A DNA stretch of 64,000 bases, taken from IMG/VR virus record IMGVR_UViG_2061766007_002278, one strand, 5' to 3'. Below, piece after piece: positions 31,731-41,607 of this stretch. Every line of letters begins with the position of its first letter. The stretch's first letter is position 1. The DNA comes from an uncultured virus (IMG/VR IMGVR_UViG_2061766007_002278) (Duplodnaviria > Heunggongvirae > Uroviricota > Caudoviricetes). A program made the translations under genes and the position numbers. Below the pieces are notes generated by a model. It was given only the letters and a program-made list of their open reading frames with translations. It ran no database searches and was not told the DNA's origin.

Positions 31731-31969
31731 TACAAGACCTCCATTAATAAGTCATATTTTTCTTTTGATATTTCATAGAGATTGTTTGTAGTTTTGAAAT
31801 AATAACGGCCATTCATCTCAAATAGTCTAATATTTGCTTTTTTAACGATAATCTTTAATGCCATGAGATTTTTTCTCACAGCGTAGTAATCTTGCTGCCA
31901 TTTTTTAGTATGACTCTCAATAGTGCTACACCCAACAATTCTCTCTAATGCCTCTAAACCTTCGTTCAT
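31730..31969 (-). CDS. Hypothetical protein
   Basis: RBS AGGAGG before MNEGLEALERI. Confidence 0.5.
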   Translation of the reverse strand: MNEGLEALERIVGCSTIESHTKKWQQDYYAVRKNLMALKIIVKKANIRLFEMNGRYYFKTTNNLYEISKEKYDLLMEVL

Positions 31970-32105
31970 AATGCCTCCTTGTATTTGTTGCATATATCAG
32001 TGGGTTTTACTTTATTGTGTTTCAATCTACATTGATAACACCTCGAACTTAAACCTTTGCTGATTTTACAATGGCGACAATTTCTACAATGTCTTCTATA
32101 AATGC

Positions 32106-32438
32106 TCATAACAACTCTAGCTCTCCTTTCTCGTTCATCTTGGCTACATAGATTAAACCTTTATCGGTCCAGATCGCGCCATAAACTGTGTGTCCCATTT
32201 TAACGGCAAAACCATCTGTTATAACCATTCGCGGTTTATTACCATATTTGTCGACTATCACAAACTCGTCGCACAAATCTTCAATAGTGTCAGCTCTTGG
32301 TGCAAACCTAATGCCACTAACTACTGTAAAATTATCAATGGCCGGTCTGCCTTTTGGGTAAGTGCTTTTAACATTACAACTACCACCAAAATCCTCGATG
32401 ATTTCTCTTATTTTATCTTTCGTTCTAATGTATTTCAT
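32106..32438 (-). CDS. Hypothetical phage protein
   Basis: MKYIRTKD...ADTIEDLCDEFV...YGAIWTDKGLIYVAKMN. Coupled to the upstream gene. Confidence 0.55.
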   Translation of the reverse strand: MKYIRTKDKIREIIEDFGGSCNVKSTYPKGRPAIDNFTVVSGIRFAPRADTIEDLCDEFVIVDKYGNKPRMVITDGFAVKMGHTVYGAIWTDKGLIYVAKMNEKGELELL

Positions 32439-32962
32439 AACACATCCCTTATATAACACCAACTTTGAGGTGCTTTAGTAAGCGGCTTTAAGACCTCGAA
32501 AGTTTTATCTTTCCCATCCATGCCAACGCCAGACACACTATGGCTATAAACAAAGAATTCTTTTAACTCCTTTGGCTTGTCAAAGATTTCTAGCTTGGTG
32601 ATGGAGAGGGCATAAGCAATATCACTTCCAACGTAATCAACGAACTCTGATGATGATAGACAAGTTTGATTAAAGCAAGGCAACATAGAATACCAATGGT
32701 CTATTTCCTCCACCTTATCGCACCAGAATCTACCAACTACTTTGCCTTGATATTTGCTGGTTTTATCATAGGACAAAATGAACTCTAATTTGCCGCCTAT
32801 ATAAGCAAGTTTTAAGACACCGTCTTTTGTTGACTTGGTGTTGTAAATATACACCCACCCAACATAGTCTTTAGGGAACTTTTTGCGAATCTCTAATGTC
32901 TTAAAGCCATTAAGAATATTTTTATCGTGTCGTGGCCTAATGCTCATTAATACCGCTTTCAT
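32435..32962 (-). CDS. ASCH domain protein
   Basis: LMSIRP...ILNGFKTLEIRK and C-terminal APQSWCY. Confidence 0.7.
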   Translation of the reverse strand: MKAVLMSIRPRHDKNILNGFKTLEIRKKFPKDYVGWVYIYNTKSTKDGVLKLAYIGGKLEFILSYDKTSKYQGKVVGRFWCDKVEEIDHWYSMLPCFNQTCLSSSEFVDYVGSDIAYALSITKLEIFDKPKELKEFFVYSHSVSGVGMDGKDKTFEVLKPLTKAPQSWCYIRDVL

Positions 32963-33522
32963 AACAACACCACCTTTAATATTTCAAAATCTTCCGGCAT
33001 TATCATTTCGCTTTCATCATTTAAGTAAATATAGTGAACATTACCAAAAGGATTGCCGATAGTTATATATTTGAAAAGAACATCTAATGCCCTATTCTTC
33101 TCAATTTCCTTTGACAATTCTTTCTTTGCTTTTTCATCATCTTTTGAAAGAGTATGAAATGCCTTTTCTAGCCTTTCCTTCTCGTATTTAAGGCGGTCGT
33201 ATTGAAAACTTAAAGCGTCATAACCTTCCTTGAGGTTGTCATATTCTTCTTTAAGCTGGTCGTAGTCTTTAAGTTCTTTTTTAGTGGGTTTCGTTTCCTT
33301 TTCTTTAATAAGACCATCCACGAAGTTCATCGCATCTTCGAGGCAATCGTCATAATTGAACTGCGCCAACTTTTCATCTCCTAAATAAACGGAGACACCA
33401 TGATGATTGCAATCTTCCTCGTGTAAGTAATGTTCCTCCAAGCGGTAACCCTTGTAATCATAGGTATAATCCGCACTGAAATTATCCTCGTATTTTTTGG
33501 TTAGTTTTAAATCGTCTCGCAT
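32959..33522 (-). CDS. Hypothetical coiled-coil protein
   Basis: Translationally coupled ORF. Confidence 0.5.
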   Translation of the reverse strand: MRDDLKLTKKYEDNFSADYTYDYKGYRLEEHYLHEEDCNHHGVSVYLGDEKLAQFNYDDCLEDAMNFVDGLIKEKETKPTKKELKDYDQLKEEYDNLKEGYDALSFQYDRLKYEKERLEKAFHTLSKDDEKAKKELSKEIEKNRALDVLFKYITIGNPFGNVHYIYLNDESEMIMPEDFEILKVVLL

Positions 33523-34199
33523 TTTTCAAATTCCTCCTCGTTTAATACGAATTCTCTTATAAAGCGATTCGCGTAATCTGACGAAATCATGGAACGCTCC
33601 ACAGTAGTGAGGTCCACTATTTTGCGTGTTTTCTTTATATCGACGGCCTCGAACACAAAATTGTTAGAAGGTTCTCTATTTATAAAGAAATATTGTGTGG
33701 GCTTTTTGAAGAAGTCGCCCATCTCCCTTCTATCGGTGTCAATCATCGCGGGTTTTAAGGCCCAATAACGCGCCAAGTAGTGTTGTGTCGCGTAGGGGTT
33801 CTCAATTATACAAGGGATATGCTTACGAAGGCACACAAGGGCGAATTTTGTTATTAGGTTGTAAAGGTCGTGGAGTTCTTGGTGCAATTGTAAGTCATAC
33901 TCTAGCTTGCGCTCGAGACTCCATTTTTCTGACCCAAATTGGTCGCCCCTAAAATTCATGATGATTTGCGCCTCGAATCTAACGCAAGGGAAGAAGGCGA
34001 GGATTTGGTCGTTGATTGGGTCGATGCTATCGAATAGCGAAGGCTCGTTATTATAAGCCTTTTCTATTTCTGCAAATAGGTCGACGACATGATCTGTTTC
34101 GTTAAATTGGTTGAGGATATCGTAATCCTCGGCTTTGAAACCTAGCTTTAGGAACTCGCGTTTGAATGTGCCGCTTTGCTCGAAGAAACAATGGAACAT
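33507..34199 (-). CDS. Putative C5-cytosine DNA methyltransferase-like protein
   Basis: HCFFEQSG (motif I-like), AFFPC (catalytic PC), IIENP (ENV-like). Confidence 0.55.
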   Translation of the reverse strand: MFHCFFEQSGTFKREFLKLGFKAEDYDILNQFNETDHVVDLFAEIEKAYNNEPSLFDSIDPINDQILAFFPCVRFEAQIIMNFRGDQFGSEKWSLERKLEYDLQLHQELHDLYNLITKFALVCLRKHIPCIIENPYATQHYLARYWALKPAMIDTDRREMGDFFKKPTQYFFINREPSNNFVFEAVDIKKTRKIVDLTTVERSMISSDYANRFIREFVLNEEEFEKCETI

Positions 34200-34200
34200 A

Positions 34201-34533
34201 CTATTTGGCCTCCTCGATATAGCAATAATCGACCTTCCAATCATGAAGATAGAAGTCGAGCCTTATGCATTGGTCTTCCCATTCGTCTAAACATTCCGCG
34301 AAAATAGAAGTGCCACACATTTTAGGAAGGAATCGCTTGTTGTCGCTCCTGAATTTGTAAGAGCGTTCTTTTAGCGTATAGTTTCTATTTCTATGGGGCC
34401 ATGATTCGTTCTTAAACACGACCACGCACCATAGTGGGTTTTTATCGCTAAATTGCGACTCGACTTTGTTGGCCTCGTTGTGTTCATCGATGGCCTTTAA
34501 TAGTTCTTTTAACGTTAGTTTTTTAGTTTTCAT
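34201..34533 (-). CDS. Hypothetical protein
   Basis: RBS AAGGAGG, 110 aa. Confidence 0.55.
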   Translation of the reverse strand: MKTKKLTLKELLKAIDEHNEANKVESQFSDKNPLWCVVVFKNESWPHRNRNYTLKERSYKFRSDNKRFLPKMCGTSIFAECLDEWEDQCIRLDFYLHDWKVDYCYIEEAK

Positions 34534-34544
34534 ATTTCCTCCTT

Positions 34545-34778
34545 TTATAGTTCTAAAATACTAATGATGTTTTGAAAGTGAATAAAGAAGGGTTTGTTTG
34601 GCTCTCCCTTCTTCCAAGCCTTAACGCTACGTTCCAAAACCTGGACGGTGGAGACAATGTTAGGGGCTTTAATAATAACGTTGACCGAGGTTCTATTGAC
34701 CATTATAGCGGGGTCGAGTTTCGCTATTTTTTGGGCCACACGTTGCGCGTTTTCGTTATCCTTGAGGATTATATACAT
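34545..34778 (-). CDS. Hypothetical protein
   Basis: RBS AAGGAG. Confidence 0.5.
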   Translation of the reverse strand: MYIILKDNENAQRVAQKIAKLDPAIMVNRTSVNVIIKAPNIVSTVQVLERSVKAWKKGEPNKPFFIHFQNIISILEL

Positions 34779-34941
34779 AGATTAACAATCTCCTTTCAGC
34801 ATTTTGATTAGAAGTTCAGCTTGCCTTTTGGTTTGGCAAGTAATCACGAAACCAGAGCGACTACTATAAACATGGTATTCCCAACGATAGGTGTCTAAAT
34901 CCCTCGTGGTTTTGATTGAAAAGGTCTCGTTGTTAGCCATA

Positions 34942-35187
34942 TTACTTGACCTCCTTTAATCTTGCTTTTGCTTTTTCATAGCGTTCCTCTAGCTCTTTAA
35001 GGCCAAACAATAGCCAGGGGTTACATTGGGAATAAATAAGCCTCATCGTATTTATACAACCAACGATTAGGTTATCATTCTCTACTTGGCCATCTTCGTA
35101 GTCGGCCAGCGCGCCATCAAGATAGTTATCCATAACCGCTATCGCGCCATTAAAGTCTTCAATATCTAAGTATCTTCTCTTTGCCAT
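34942..35187 (-). CDS. Hypothetical protein
   Basis: RBS GGAGG before MAKRRY. Confidence 0.5.
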   Translation of the reverse strand: MAKRRYLDIEDFNGAIAVMDNYLDGALADYEDGQVENDNLIVGCINTMRLIYSQCNPWLLFGLKELEERYEKAKARLKEVK

Positions 35188-35188
35188 A

Positions 35189-35374
35189 TTATAAGACCTC
35201 CAATACTTCGAGAACGCTATCGAGTCGAACATACTTGTCGACTTCCTTTAATTGAACGGTGTCGTATCGAGTGACTTCACCGGTTGTGAATGTGCCATAG
35301 GCGGCTAGACATCCAACAAAGACCTTACAACTATGGTTGCTTAATAGGTCTCTTAAAAATTCCAATTTTGCCAT
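35189..35374 (-). CDS. Hypothetical protein
   Basis: RBS AAGGAG. Confidence 0.5.
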   Translation of the reverse strand: MAKLEFLRDLLSNHSCKVFVGCLAAYGTFTTGEVTRYDTVQLKEVDKYVRLDSVLEVLEVL

Positions 35375-35450
35375 ATATTTTCTCCTTTTGGCTTTCGCAT
35401 AGATATCATCGCTCTTTTGGTTGCAACATGCAACTATATTTTAACAAAAT

Positions 35451-35478
35451 AAAAAAGCCCTCGGGTCTGGTTGAGGGC
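35451..35478 (-). terminator. Rho-independent terminator (minus strand)
   Basis: gccctc...gagggc stem with an A6 tract on the plus strand. Confidence 0.6.
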
Positions 35479-35684
35479 CTATTCGATAATCACAGGAGGT
35501 GGTCTCGAATGAAATTGGTTAGATAAACCTCGCATGGGTGAGTGGACAACTCTAACCTTGGTAACCATCGTCGCGCCTGCTGTTTTTGGAGGTTTTTGTA
35601 AACTACCAAGCGACGACCATTCCTTCTTTTTAATCAACCTTTAATGCTTTATAGAAAGGAGGCATTAGGTCTATAAATATATTA

Positions 35685-36938
35685 TCAATTAGAGAAAGTA
35701 TTATCAAGCAAACTTATAAATTCTTGAGGTAGAGCTAGTTTTTCTCCATCGCGGATTAGGTAACACCCATCTTGCGTTCCCATGTGGCGCAAGTAACGTT
35801 TTACAATAACGTCCACATAGCGTGGGTCGATTTCCATTGTGTAACATTTGCGTTCTGCTTGCTCGCACGCGATAAGGGTAGAACCCGATCCACCAAATAG
35901 GTCCAAACAAAGGTCGCCCTTTTTCGAGCCTTCCTGGATTAGATAGCCGATCAAGTCGAGTGGTTTCATTGTTGGGTGTTCTATTGAGGCGGTTGGTCGA
36001 TTGTATTGTAATACAGTAGAAAGGTCTCGGCGGCCTGTATCGTAATGAGCCTTGCCTTCTTTCCATCCAACCAAAATTGGCTCGTGTTGATAGTGCGCCC
36101 ATCCATGACCTAATACGATGGAGTTCTTGACCCAAATCCAAGATTGATGGTATTTGAAACCAGCACCTTTAAAGGCCGCTCTAAAGTTCTCCTCTTCGCT
36201 ATCCGCGTGGAACACAAAAATGTTCGCACCTTCGCGCATATTTTCAAAAAGGTTTACAAACGATTTATTTAAAAATTCTCTGAAGTCGGAGTCGCTCTTT
36301 TTATCGTTTTGAATTTTTAGGGCCTCGGCCGTCTTTCCAACGTAGTCGACATTATATGGTGGGTCGGTAACTACGAAATCCACAACCCTTCCATTTACTA
36401 GCTCTTTAACGATTTCTTTTTTGGTAGAATCGCCACACATAACTCTATGGTTGTTTAAAACGTAAATGTCGCCTGGTTTTGACTCTGGGTTCTCGGTCAA
36501 GAAGTCGTTTTCTTCAAAGTCGTCATCTTTGACTTCTGGTTCTTCTAAATCGAGGAATTCCTCAAAGCCCAAAGACGAAAGGTCGAAATCGCCCTCAAGT
36601 GCCTTCAATTCTTCTTCTAACGTATCAAAGTCCCAACTCGACAATTCCGCGCTCCTGTTATGCGCTAATGCGTAGGCTTTGCGCTGTTCGTCTGTTAAGT
36701 GGTCGAGCCTAATGCATGGGACTTCTTCATAGCCCAACTCACGTGCGGCCAATAAGCGGCCATGACCTTCTACAATAATATTTTTATCGCCCCAAATACC
36801 AATGGGGTCATTAAAGCCAAACTCCTCGATTGACTTTTTGATAACACTAACATCAAAGTCTTTGTGTTGTCTTGCGTTCTTTTCGTAAGGTGTAAGCGCA
36901 TCCAAAGGGAGGCTCACTACAGTAAGTTTACTTTTCAT
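35685..36938 (-). CDS. ParB-like domain fused to N6-adenine/N4-cytosine DNA methyltransferase
   Basis: IVEGHGRLLAA (ParB), VTDPPY catalytic motif, HPTMKP, DLFGGSGST SAM-binding motif. Confidence 0.9.
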   Translation of the reverse strand: MKSKLTVVSLPLDALTPYEKNARQHKDFDVSVIKKSIEEFGFNDPIGIWGDKNIIVEGHGRLLAARELGYEEVPCIRLDHLTDEQRKAYALAHNRSAELSSWDFDTLEEELKALEGDFDLSSLGFEEFLDLEEPEVKDDDFEENDFLTENPESKPGDIYVLNNHRVMCGDSTKKEIVKELVNGRVVDFVVTDPPYNVDYVGKTAEALKIQNDKKSDSDFREFLNKSFVNLFENMREGANIFVFHADSEEENFRAAFKGAGFKYHQSWIWVKNSIVLGHGWAHYQHEPILVGWKEGKAHYDTGRRDLSTVLQYNRPTASIEHPTMKPLDLIGYLIQEGSKKGDLCLDLFGGSGSTLIACEQAERKCYTMEIDPRYVDVIVKRYLRHMGTQDGCYLIRDGEKLALPQEFISLLDNTFSN

Positions 36939-37001
36939 TTGTTTACTCCTTTAAACTTACTTTATTAAAACATAAAAAAAAGGGCTTTGCACCCTTTTTA
37001 G

Positions 37002-37400
37002 TTATTTCGCTAATTCTTTTATTTGTGATAGCAGTATGGTCAAAGCGTAGTTTTTCCCATATTTTTTAGCAAAAGCCGCGATGTTGTTTTTTAATGAGGT
37101 GGTATCGCTTGAGCGGGATTGTTTACACAAAGGCATTTTATTTATCTCAAAGTGTTTAATAATCCTTTCTATATCTGCTCCCTTAATATCCAAACCATGC
37201 AAATGGAATTTATAGACTACCTCATAGGCCGTAATCTTTCCCAAACTTCTAATTTTAAGTAAGTCGCTATAAGTAAAATTAGCAAATAGTGACAATGTCG
37301 CTTGACTGTGTTTTTCAATTATATCTTCCCTTATTAGATGTCGCATTAAGCAATTATAGGCTTTAACGGACAATCCTAAATCATCAATGTGTAATTCCAT
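37002..37400 (-). CDS. RNA polymerase alpha subunit C-terminal domain-like protein
   Basis: IDDLGLSVKAYNCL...SDLLKIRSLGKITAYEV matches the alpha-CTD pattern IxxLxLSVRxxNCL...DLLKIxNxGxKSxxEI. Confidence 0.7.
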   Translation of the reverse strand: MELHIDDLGLSVKAYNCLMRHLIREDIIEKHSQATLSLFANFTYSDLLKIRSLGKITAYEVVYKFHLHGLDIKGADIERIIKHFEINKMPLCKQSRSSDTTSLKNNIAAFAKKYGKNYALTILLSQIKELAK

Positions 37401-37402
37401 AT

Positions 37403-37786
37403 CTATTGGTTCCCGAGTTTCTTTTCAATTACTTTTTGTAAGGCAACGAGCGGTTTCATTCTTGCTTTGAGGTTGTCAATGCGGCTTTTGTTTTCATTGA
37501 TTTGGTGTTGTAATTCTTCGTGCATCTTGACTAGGATTTCAGTTGGTGTGTCATCGTTGAATGAAAGCACCCTGTATCCTTTATCTTTTGAAAGCGAAAT
37601 GACTGGCACATAGTTTGCTAGTTCCGCCACCTTGAGCCTAATGTTGCGGTCGCTTGTTTCAAATACAAAGGCCAACTGTTCACGCAGGAAGATTTGTGTT
37701 GGGTCGCCGGTCATCATATATTGCGCGATGGGTTCCTTTTCTAAAAATTTCTCTTTTGCTTTTTTGCTTTGGTCGTAGTTTTTCAT
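37403..37786 (-). CDS. HTH-like protein with coiled coil
   Basis: Homologue of 190..567. Confidence 0.55.
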   Translation of the reverse strand: MKNYDQSKKAKEKFLEKEPIAQYMMTGDPTQIFLREQLAFVFETSDRNIRLKVAELANYVPVISLSKDKGYRVLSFNDDTPTEILVKMHEELQHQINENKSRIDNLKARMKPLVALQKVIEKKLGNQ

Positions 37787-37855
37787 ATATCTCTCCTTTC
37801 AAAAACTATCTCCGATGTAATTAACGCTCTTTGTTTTTTAGGTTGCAACTATTAT

Positions 37856-38362
37856 TTAATCTTCGTTTTCGTCGAGCCACGGAGTCTTGGCGATTCGGAT
37901 TGTTTCTTCAAGATTGTTATTCCAATCATCGCCGCTGTTTTCTTCGTTTTCTTCCTTTGGCTCTTCTATTTTATCAAGCGGGTCTTTTGGCTCCGCTTTT
38001 GGCAGGCCTTCTGGAGCAAACTTGACGACTCCGTTTTTCTTGACAAATAATTTGTCTTCCCAATAAACCGCGTATCTGGTCTTGCGCCAAGAATAGCAGT
38101 CGATGCCTTTGTTATGTATAAAGTAAGATGCTATAAAAACCTCACTCCTACCTTCTAATTGCAGCAACTCGCCGTTGGCCTTTAGTTCGTTAAAGACTCC
38201 GATATCGTAACCGAGCGAATCAAGGACGGACATTGGGTTGGCTACGAAGCCGTTATTAGCAAAGAAATTCAATGCTATATAATACAATTTGGCTTGCTTT
38301 GATACTTTGGCAAAATGGTCGCCAAAGAGGAAATCGTAATTAAACATTGTATAGTTTTTCAT
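37856..38362 (-). CDS. Putative replication initiator N-terminal domain protein
   Basis: Homologue of 584..1069. Confidence 0.55.
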   Translation of the reverse strand: MKNYTMFNYDFLFGDHFAKVSKQAKLYYIALNFFANNGFVANPMSVLDSLGYDIGVFNELKANGELLQLEGRSEVFIASYFIHNKGIDCYSWRKTRYAVYWEDKLFVKKNGVVKFAPEGLPKAEPKDPLDKIEEPKEENEENSGDDWNNNLEETIRIAKTPWLDENED

Positions 38363-38649
38363 TATTGATTCTCCTCTTCGTATTCTAACAAATACCAATT
38401 CTCATGAATGGTTATTTTATATCCGTTATCGGTTATATGTTCCAACTTGGCATAAAAACCATAACCGGAACTTGCCTCAAGTTCACACCATTCGTTTTTT
38501 TCTAATAATTTATAATCGTTTTTAATCCAATCATCAACGACATCAGTAAATCTAGTGTATAAAATACCGACCGCCTTATGATAATCGTTAGAGATACCTC
38601 TGCAGATTATATAATCATCGGTTTCGTTAATAATAACCCAAGTTTTCAT
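38362..38649 (-). CDS. Hypothetical protein
   Basis: Coupled ORF, unit B only. Confidence 0.5.
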   Translation of the reverse strand: MKTWVIINETDDYIICRGISNDYHKAVGILYTRFTDVVDDWIKNDYKLLEKNEWCELEASSGYGFYAKLEHITDNGYKITIHENWYLLEYEEENQ

Positions 38650-39380
38650 TAGTTAATCCCTCCGTTACGATAGCAGACGAATGTTGGCTTGCCGTATTTC
38701 GCGGCCACCTCTTTCTTTACTAAATCATCGTTGCAGCATTCTTTTGAAAGGTGCATCAAGAAGATGGCATTAGTTTTTGAAAGGTCCATTTGATTCAGGG
38801 TTTTCTTGACCCCTGCTAATGACAAATGATAACTGGCCTGCCTTTTAAATTTAAAGACTTTTTGAGCGTTCCCTTCTAATATTGCTTTATCCATGATGAC
38901 TTCGAGTTGCTTACGGATATGATTACACTCAATCATGATATATGTATATTTATATTTAAAATACGAGTGTTCTATATATCGGGTGTCCGTTACAAATAGC
39001 AAGGACTCGCCGCCGTCAAATAGAAACGCGAATCCATAGCAAGGAACATCGTGTTCTACTTTAAAATCGCGCACCTTGGCCCATTCAGTTAGTTTTAAGG
39101 GTTTATCTATACCTTGCTCGGTTTCTTCCCTATACGGCGCAAAAACCGGGATGTCAAGCCAATTAAACTCATCTACAGAAAGCGCGTGGTCGTTATGTTG
39201 ATGAGAAACTACCAGCGCCTTGATTTGCTCTACGGCTATGTCTTGCTCTGCCATTTTTTTAATGATGGTTTTATAAGGCAAGCCGCACTCGACCATTATA
39301 TATTCGTCGTTTTTGCCGAGGAGATAGCAGTTGCCGCTGCTACCGCTCCCAAGGCATAGGATTTGCAATTCTTCGTTCAT
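38649..39380 (-). CDS. Metallo-beta-lactamase-fold hydrolase
   Basis: LGSGSSGNCY, SHQHNDH, HDV, ECNH and HLS motifs. Confidence 0.85.
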   Translation of the reverse strand: MNEELQILCLGSGSSGNCYLLGKNDEYIMVECGLPYKTIIKKMAEQDIAVEQIKALVVSHQHNDHALSVDEFNWLDIPVFAPYREETEQGIDKPLKLTEWAKVRDFKVEHDVPCYGFAFLFDGGESLLFVTDTRYIEHSYFKYKYTYIMIECNHIRKQLEVIMDKAILEGNAQKVFKFKRQASYHLSLAGVKKTLNQMDLSKTNAIFLMHLSKECCNDDLVKKEVAAKYGKPTFVCYRNGGIN

Positions 39381-39402
39381 ACTACTATCTCCTCAATTTT
39401 GA

Positions 39403-40494
39403 TTAGTTTTCGTCAGGGTCGTCAAACAAAGACATGAATTCTTTATCTGGGTCTTTCTTTGGTTCTTCTACCACCCCATCTTCATCGACCTTTCTTTGAG
39501 GCTTTGGCTCTTCAGGTTCTTGGGCCTTTTCTTCTACCTCTACCTCTTGAACATCGAGCATTGGCGCGTTGGTCATAGCAAGGACCTCTTCCGCGTTGTG
39601 ATGCGGTTTATATACATCCGCATTATCAAAGGTCTTCTCGTTTAGTTCTCTAGCAAGCGCGCTTTGATAGTCTAACTGGACACGCTTAACCGCGTTTATT
39701 ACTAATTTAGTGATTAGCATTTCTTCTTTAGAAAGGCCAGTGTAAGTTTCGTTCACATAGTTGGCGAGCGTTTTATCCGCGAGTAATTCATCGAGAGTCA
39801 TATCCTGAATTTTAGCAAGGATGACTTCCTTGTCCTTGTCATACATCACGGATTGTTTAATTTGGGCTTTAATATTGACAGCCACGCTTTCGCGTTCCGC
39901 GATACGATAGTCAACGCTGCCGTCCTTGTATTGAATAGGAACTACAACGCGGACGATTTTGCCGTCTGGGTCTTTTCTAACCCAAGTTGGTGGCACAATT
40001 TTAATGCCCTTAAACATTGGATATGTGAACTCGTCGCCTTCACGGACAATCCACTCCGGATATACTTTCTTAACATCGCGGCCAAAGGTGGCGACAATTT
40101 TAAGGGTTCCGCGATATTGAGGTTTAACCTCGACTACTTTGACCCAGTTGTCAGCCTCGTAGGTTTGGCCCCTTTCGTTAGTCTTTGTGACTTTGCCACG
40201 CTTTTCTTTTCTGATGATGACAAATACCTCTCTGTTATCAGTATTTAAAGAATAAACCATCGCGTATTTAATAGCGTTGTTAATGGTTTCTTTATCTACC
40301 TCTGGAGATTGAAAGGTAAGGTTCTCCTTTGCTAACTGGACATTAATTTGGGTCAGGATATTGTATCCGCAAACCTTTTGATAGTTGTTAGCGTTGCCGA
40401 TGATATCGGCCAAGCCGGAGGCGATAGAAGAAATATAATTCTTCTGGAGCGCCATTAGGCTTTTGCTCTTTGGTTCTGTGACTTCGTTTGGCAT
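39403..40494 (-). CDS. RecT-family recombinase (putative)
   Basis: Between an AAA ATPase and an MBL hydrolase, a common phage triad. QYRG..VREGDEF and EEMLITK motifs. Confidence 0.65.
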   Translation of the reverse strand: MPNEVTEPKSKSLMALQKNYISSIASGLADIIGNANNYQKVCGYNILTQINVQLAKENLTFQSPEVDKETINNAIKYAMVYSLNTDNREVFVIIRKEKRGKVTKTNERGQTYEADNWVKVVEVKPQYRGTLKIVATFGRDVKKVYPEWIVREGDEFTYPMFKGIKIVPPTWVRKDPDGKIVRVVVPIQYKDGSVDYRIAERESVAVNIKAQIKQSVMYDKDKEVILAKIQDMTLDELLADKTLANYVNETYTGLSKEEMLITKLVINAVKRVQLDYQSALARELNEKTFDNADVYKPHHNAEEVLAMTNAPMLDVQEVEVEEKAQEPEEPKPQRKVDEDGVVEEPKKDPDKEFMSLFDDPDEN

Positions 40495-40509
40495 GTTTAT
40501 TTCCTCCTT

Positions 40510-41571
40510 TTAGTCTACCAACGCACCGATGTATTGAACCCCGAGGCCATCTACGAAATGTCTCGTGTATTCATCTAATGATTCCATGTTGTCGAGTAAG
40601 ATTGGAAGAGGTTTTACATTAAATTTTAAGCAGAATTCTTGGATGAATTTCGTGCCGATGTAAGAACGCTCTGCGTAGGAACCAACCGCGAATGGAAGTT
40701 TGCTCTTTGGGAGTATTGGGTAACAGACATCCTTATAGACATCATCGCCGACACCTTTTTCGAGCAAGCAAATTTGAATGCCCATCGCGTTTTCGTAGTA
40801 TTTATTGACTTGCTTTGAAACATTAAGCGCGTATTTCTCTGCAAGAGCCTCGTCGGTTTCGAGTGACTTAATTTCCTTTAAGGCTTCTTTTTCTTTGCGG
40901 TCGGCTTCTTCCGTTACACTTGGGAATAGGTCGCGGGCCACCTTGCAGCCGTCGACAATCTTCTTTTGCGCTTTTTTATCTTTGTCGATTGCATCGCATA
41001 GTTTGTAAGGGTCGTATTGCTCGCGTTCTTCGAGTAAGCGTTGGACCGCTTTTGTTTGGCCGTCTGCTATTTGGTTAAAATTGATGCCAGATAGCGAATA
41101 AAAGAACTTACGGAGTGCCATTGGCTTTACTGTTTCAAAATATAAAGGGTTAATTAAGAATTTAACAATATTAAAGTCTTTAGGTTGTGTGAGAACGATA
41201 TCGCTCAATCCTAACTTAGCATAGAGCAAGGCTTCTCCGTTTTTCACTGTTTTGGCTTTGTCGCCGTTAACATAAATGGTAACGCTTGGTGCATCGCCTT
41301 CCATTTCACATACCCTTTCAAAAGTGAATGTTCCAAAGTCCAAGAAGACGGATGTTTTGGTTTCGCCGCTTAAAGGGAAGCTCGCCCTATTATCGGCGCT
41401 GCCATCCATAGTGGTTCCGGTTAAGGCCCAGTGGATTGCGTTGAGTGTGTTTGTTTTGCCGGTCATATTTGGCCCGCTAATGATGTTTGAAGGTTCGCTC
41501 GCATCAAGCACGAGTTCCTTTTGGTCTACATTTCTAAAATTGCAGACTCTGACTTTTTGTAGTTTTGCCAT
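40510..41571 (-). CDS. Rad50/SbcC-like AAA ATPase
   Basis: Walker A GPNMTGKT, Walker B PILLDNMES, short coiled coil. Confidence 0.75.
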   Translation of the reverse strand: MAKLQKVRVCNFRNVDQKELVLDASEPSNIISGPNMTGKTNTLNAIHWALTGTTMDGSADNRASFPLSGETKTSVFLDFGTFTFERVCEMEGDAPSVTIYVNGDKAKTVKNGEALLYAKLGLSDIVLTQPKDFNIVKFLINPLYFETVKPMALRKFFYSLSGINFNQIADGQTKAVQRLLEEREQYDPYKLCDAIDKDKKAQKKIVDGCKVARDLFPSVTEEADRKEKEALKEIKSLETDEALAEKYALNVSKQVNKYYENAMGIQICLLEKGVGDDVYKDVCYPILPKSKLPFAVGSYAERSYIGTKFIQEFCLKFNVKPLPILLDNMESLDEYTRHFVDGLGVQYIGALVD

Positions 41572-41607
41572 GTATTTTCTCTCCTTTCTGGCAATATCGG
41601 GAAGGAC

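Larger units (their letters stand above)
1..37216. mobile_element. Phage genome unit A (~37.2 kb, apparently one full genome length)
   Basis: Contains terminase, portal, capsid, neck/tail genes and an early arm. Sequence at position 1 recurs at 37217, defining the period. Confidence 0.85.
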
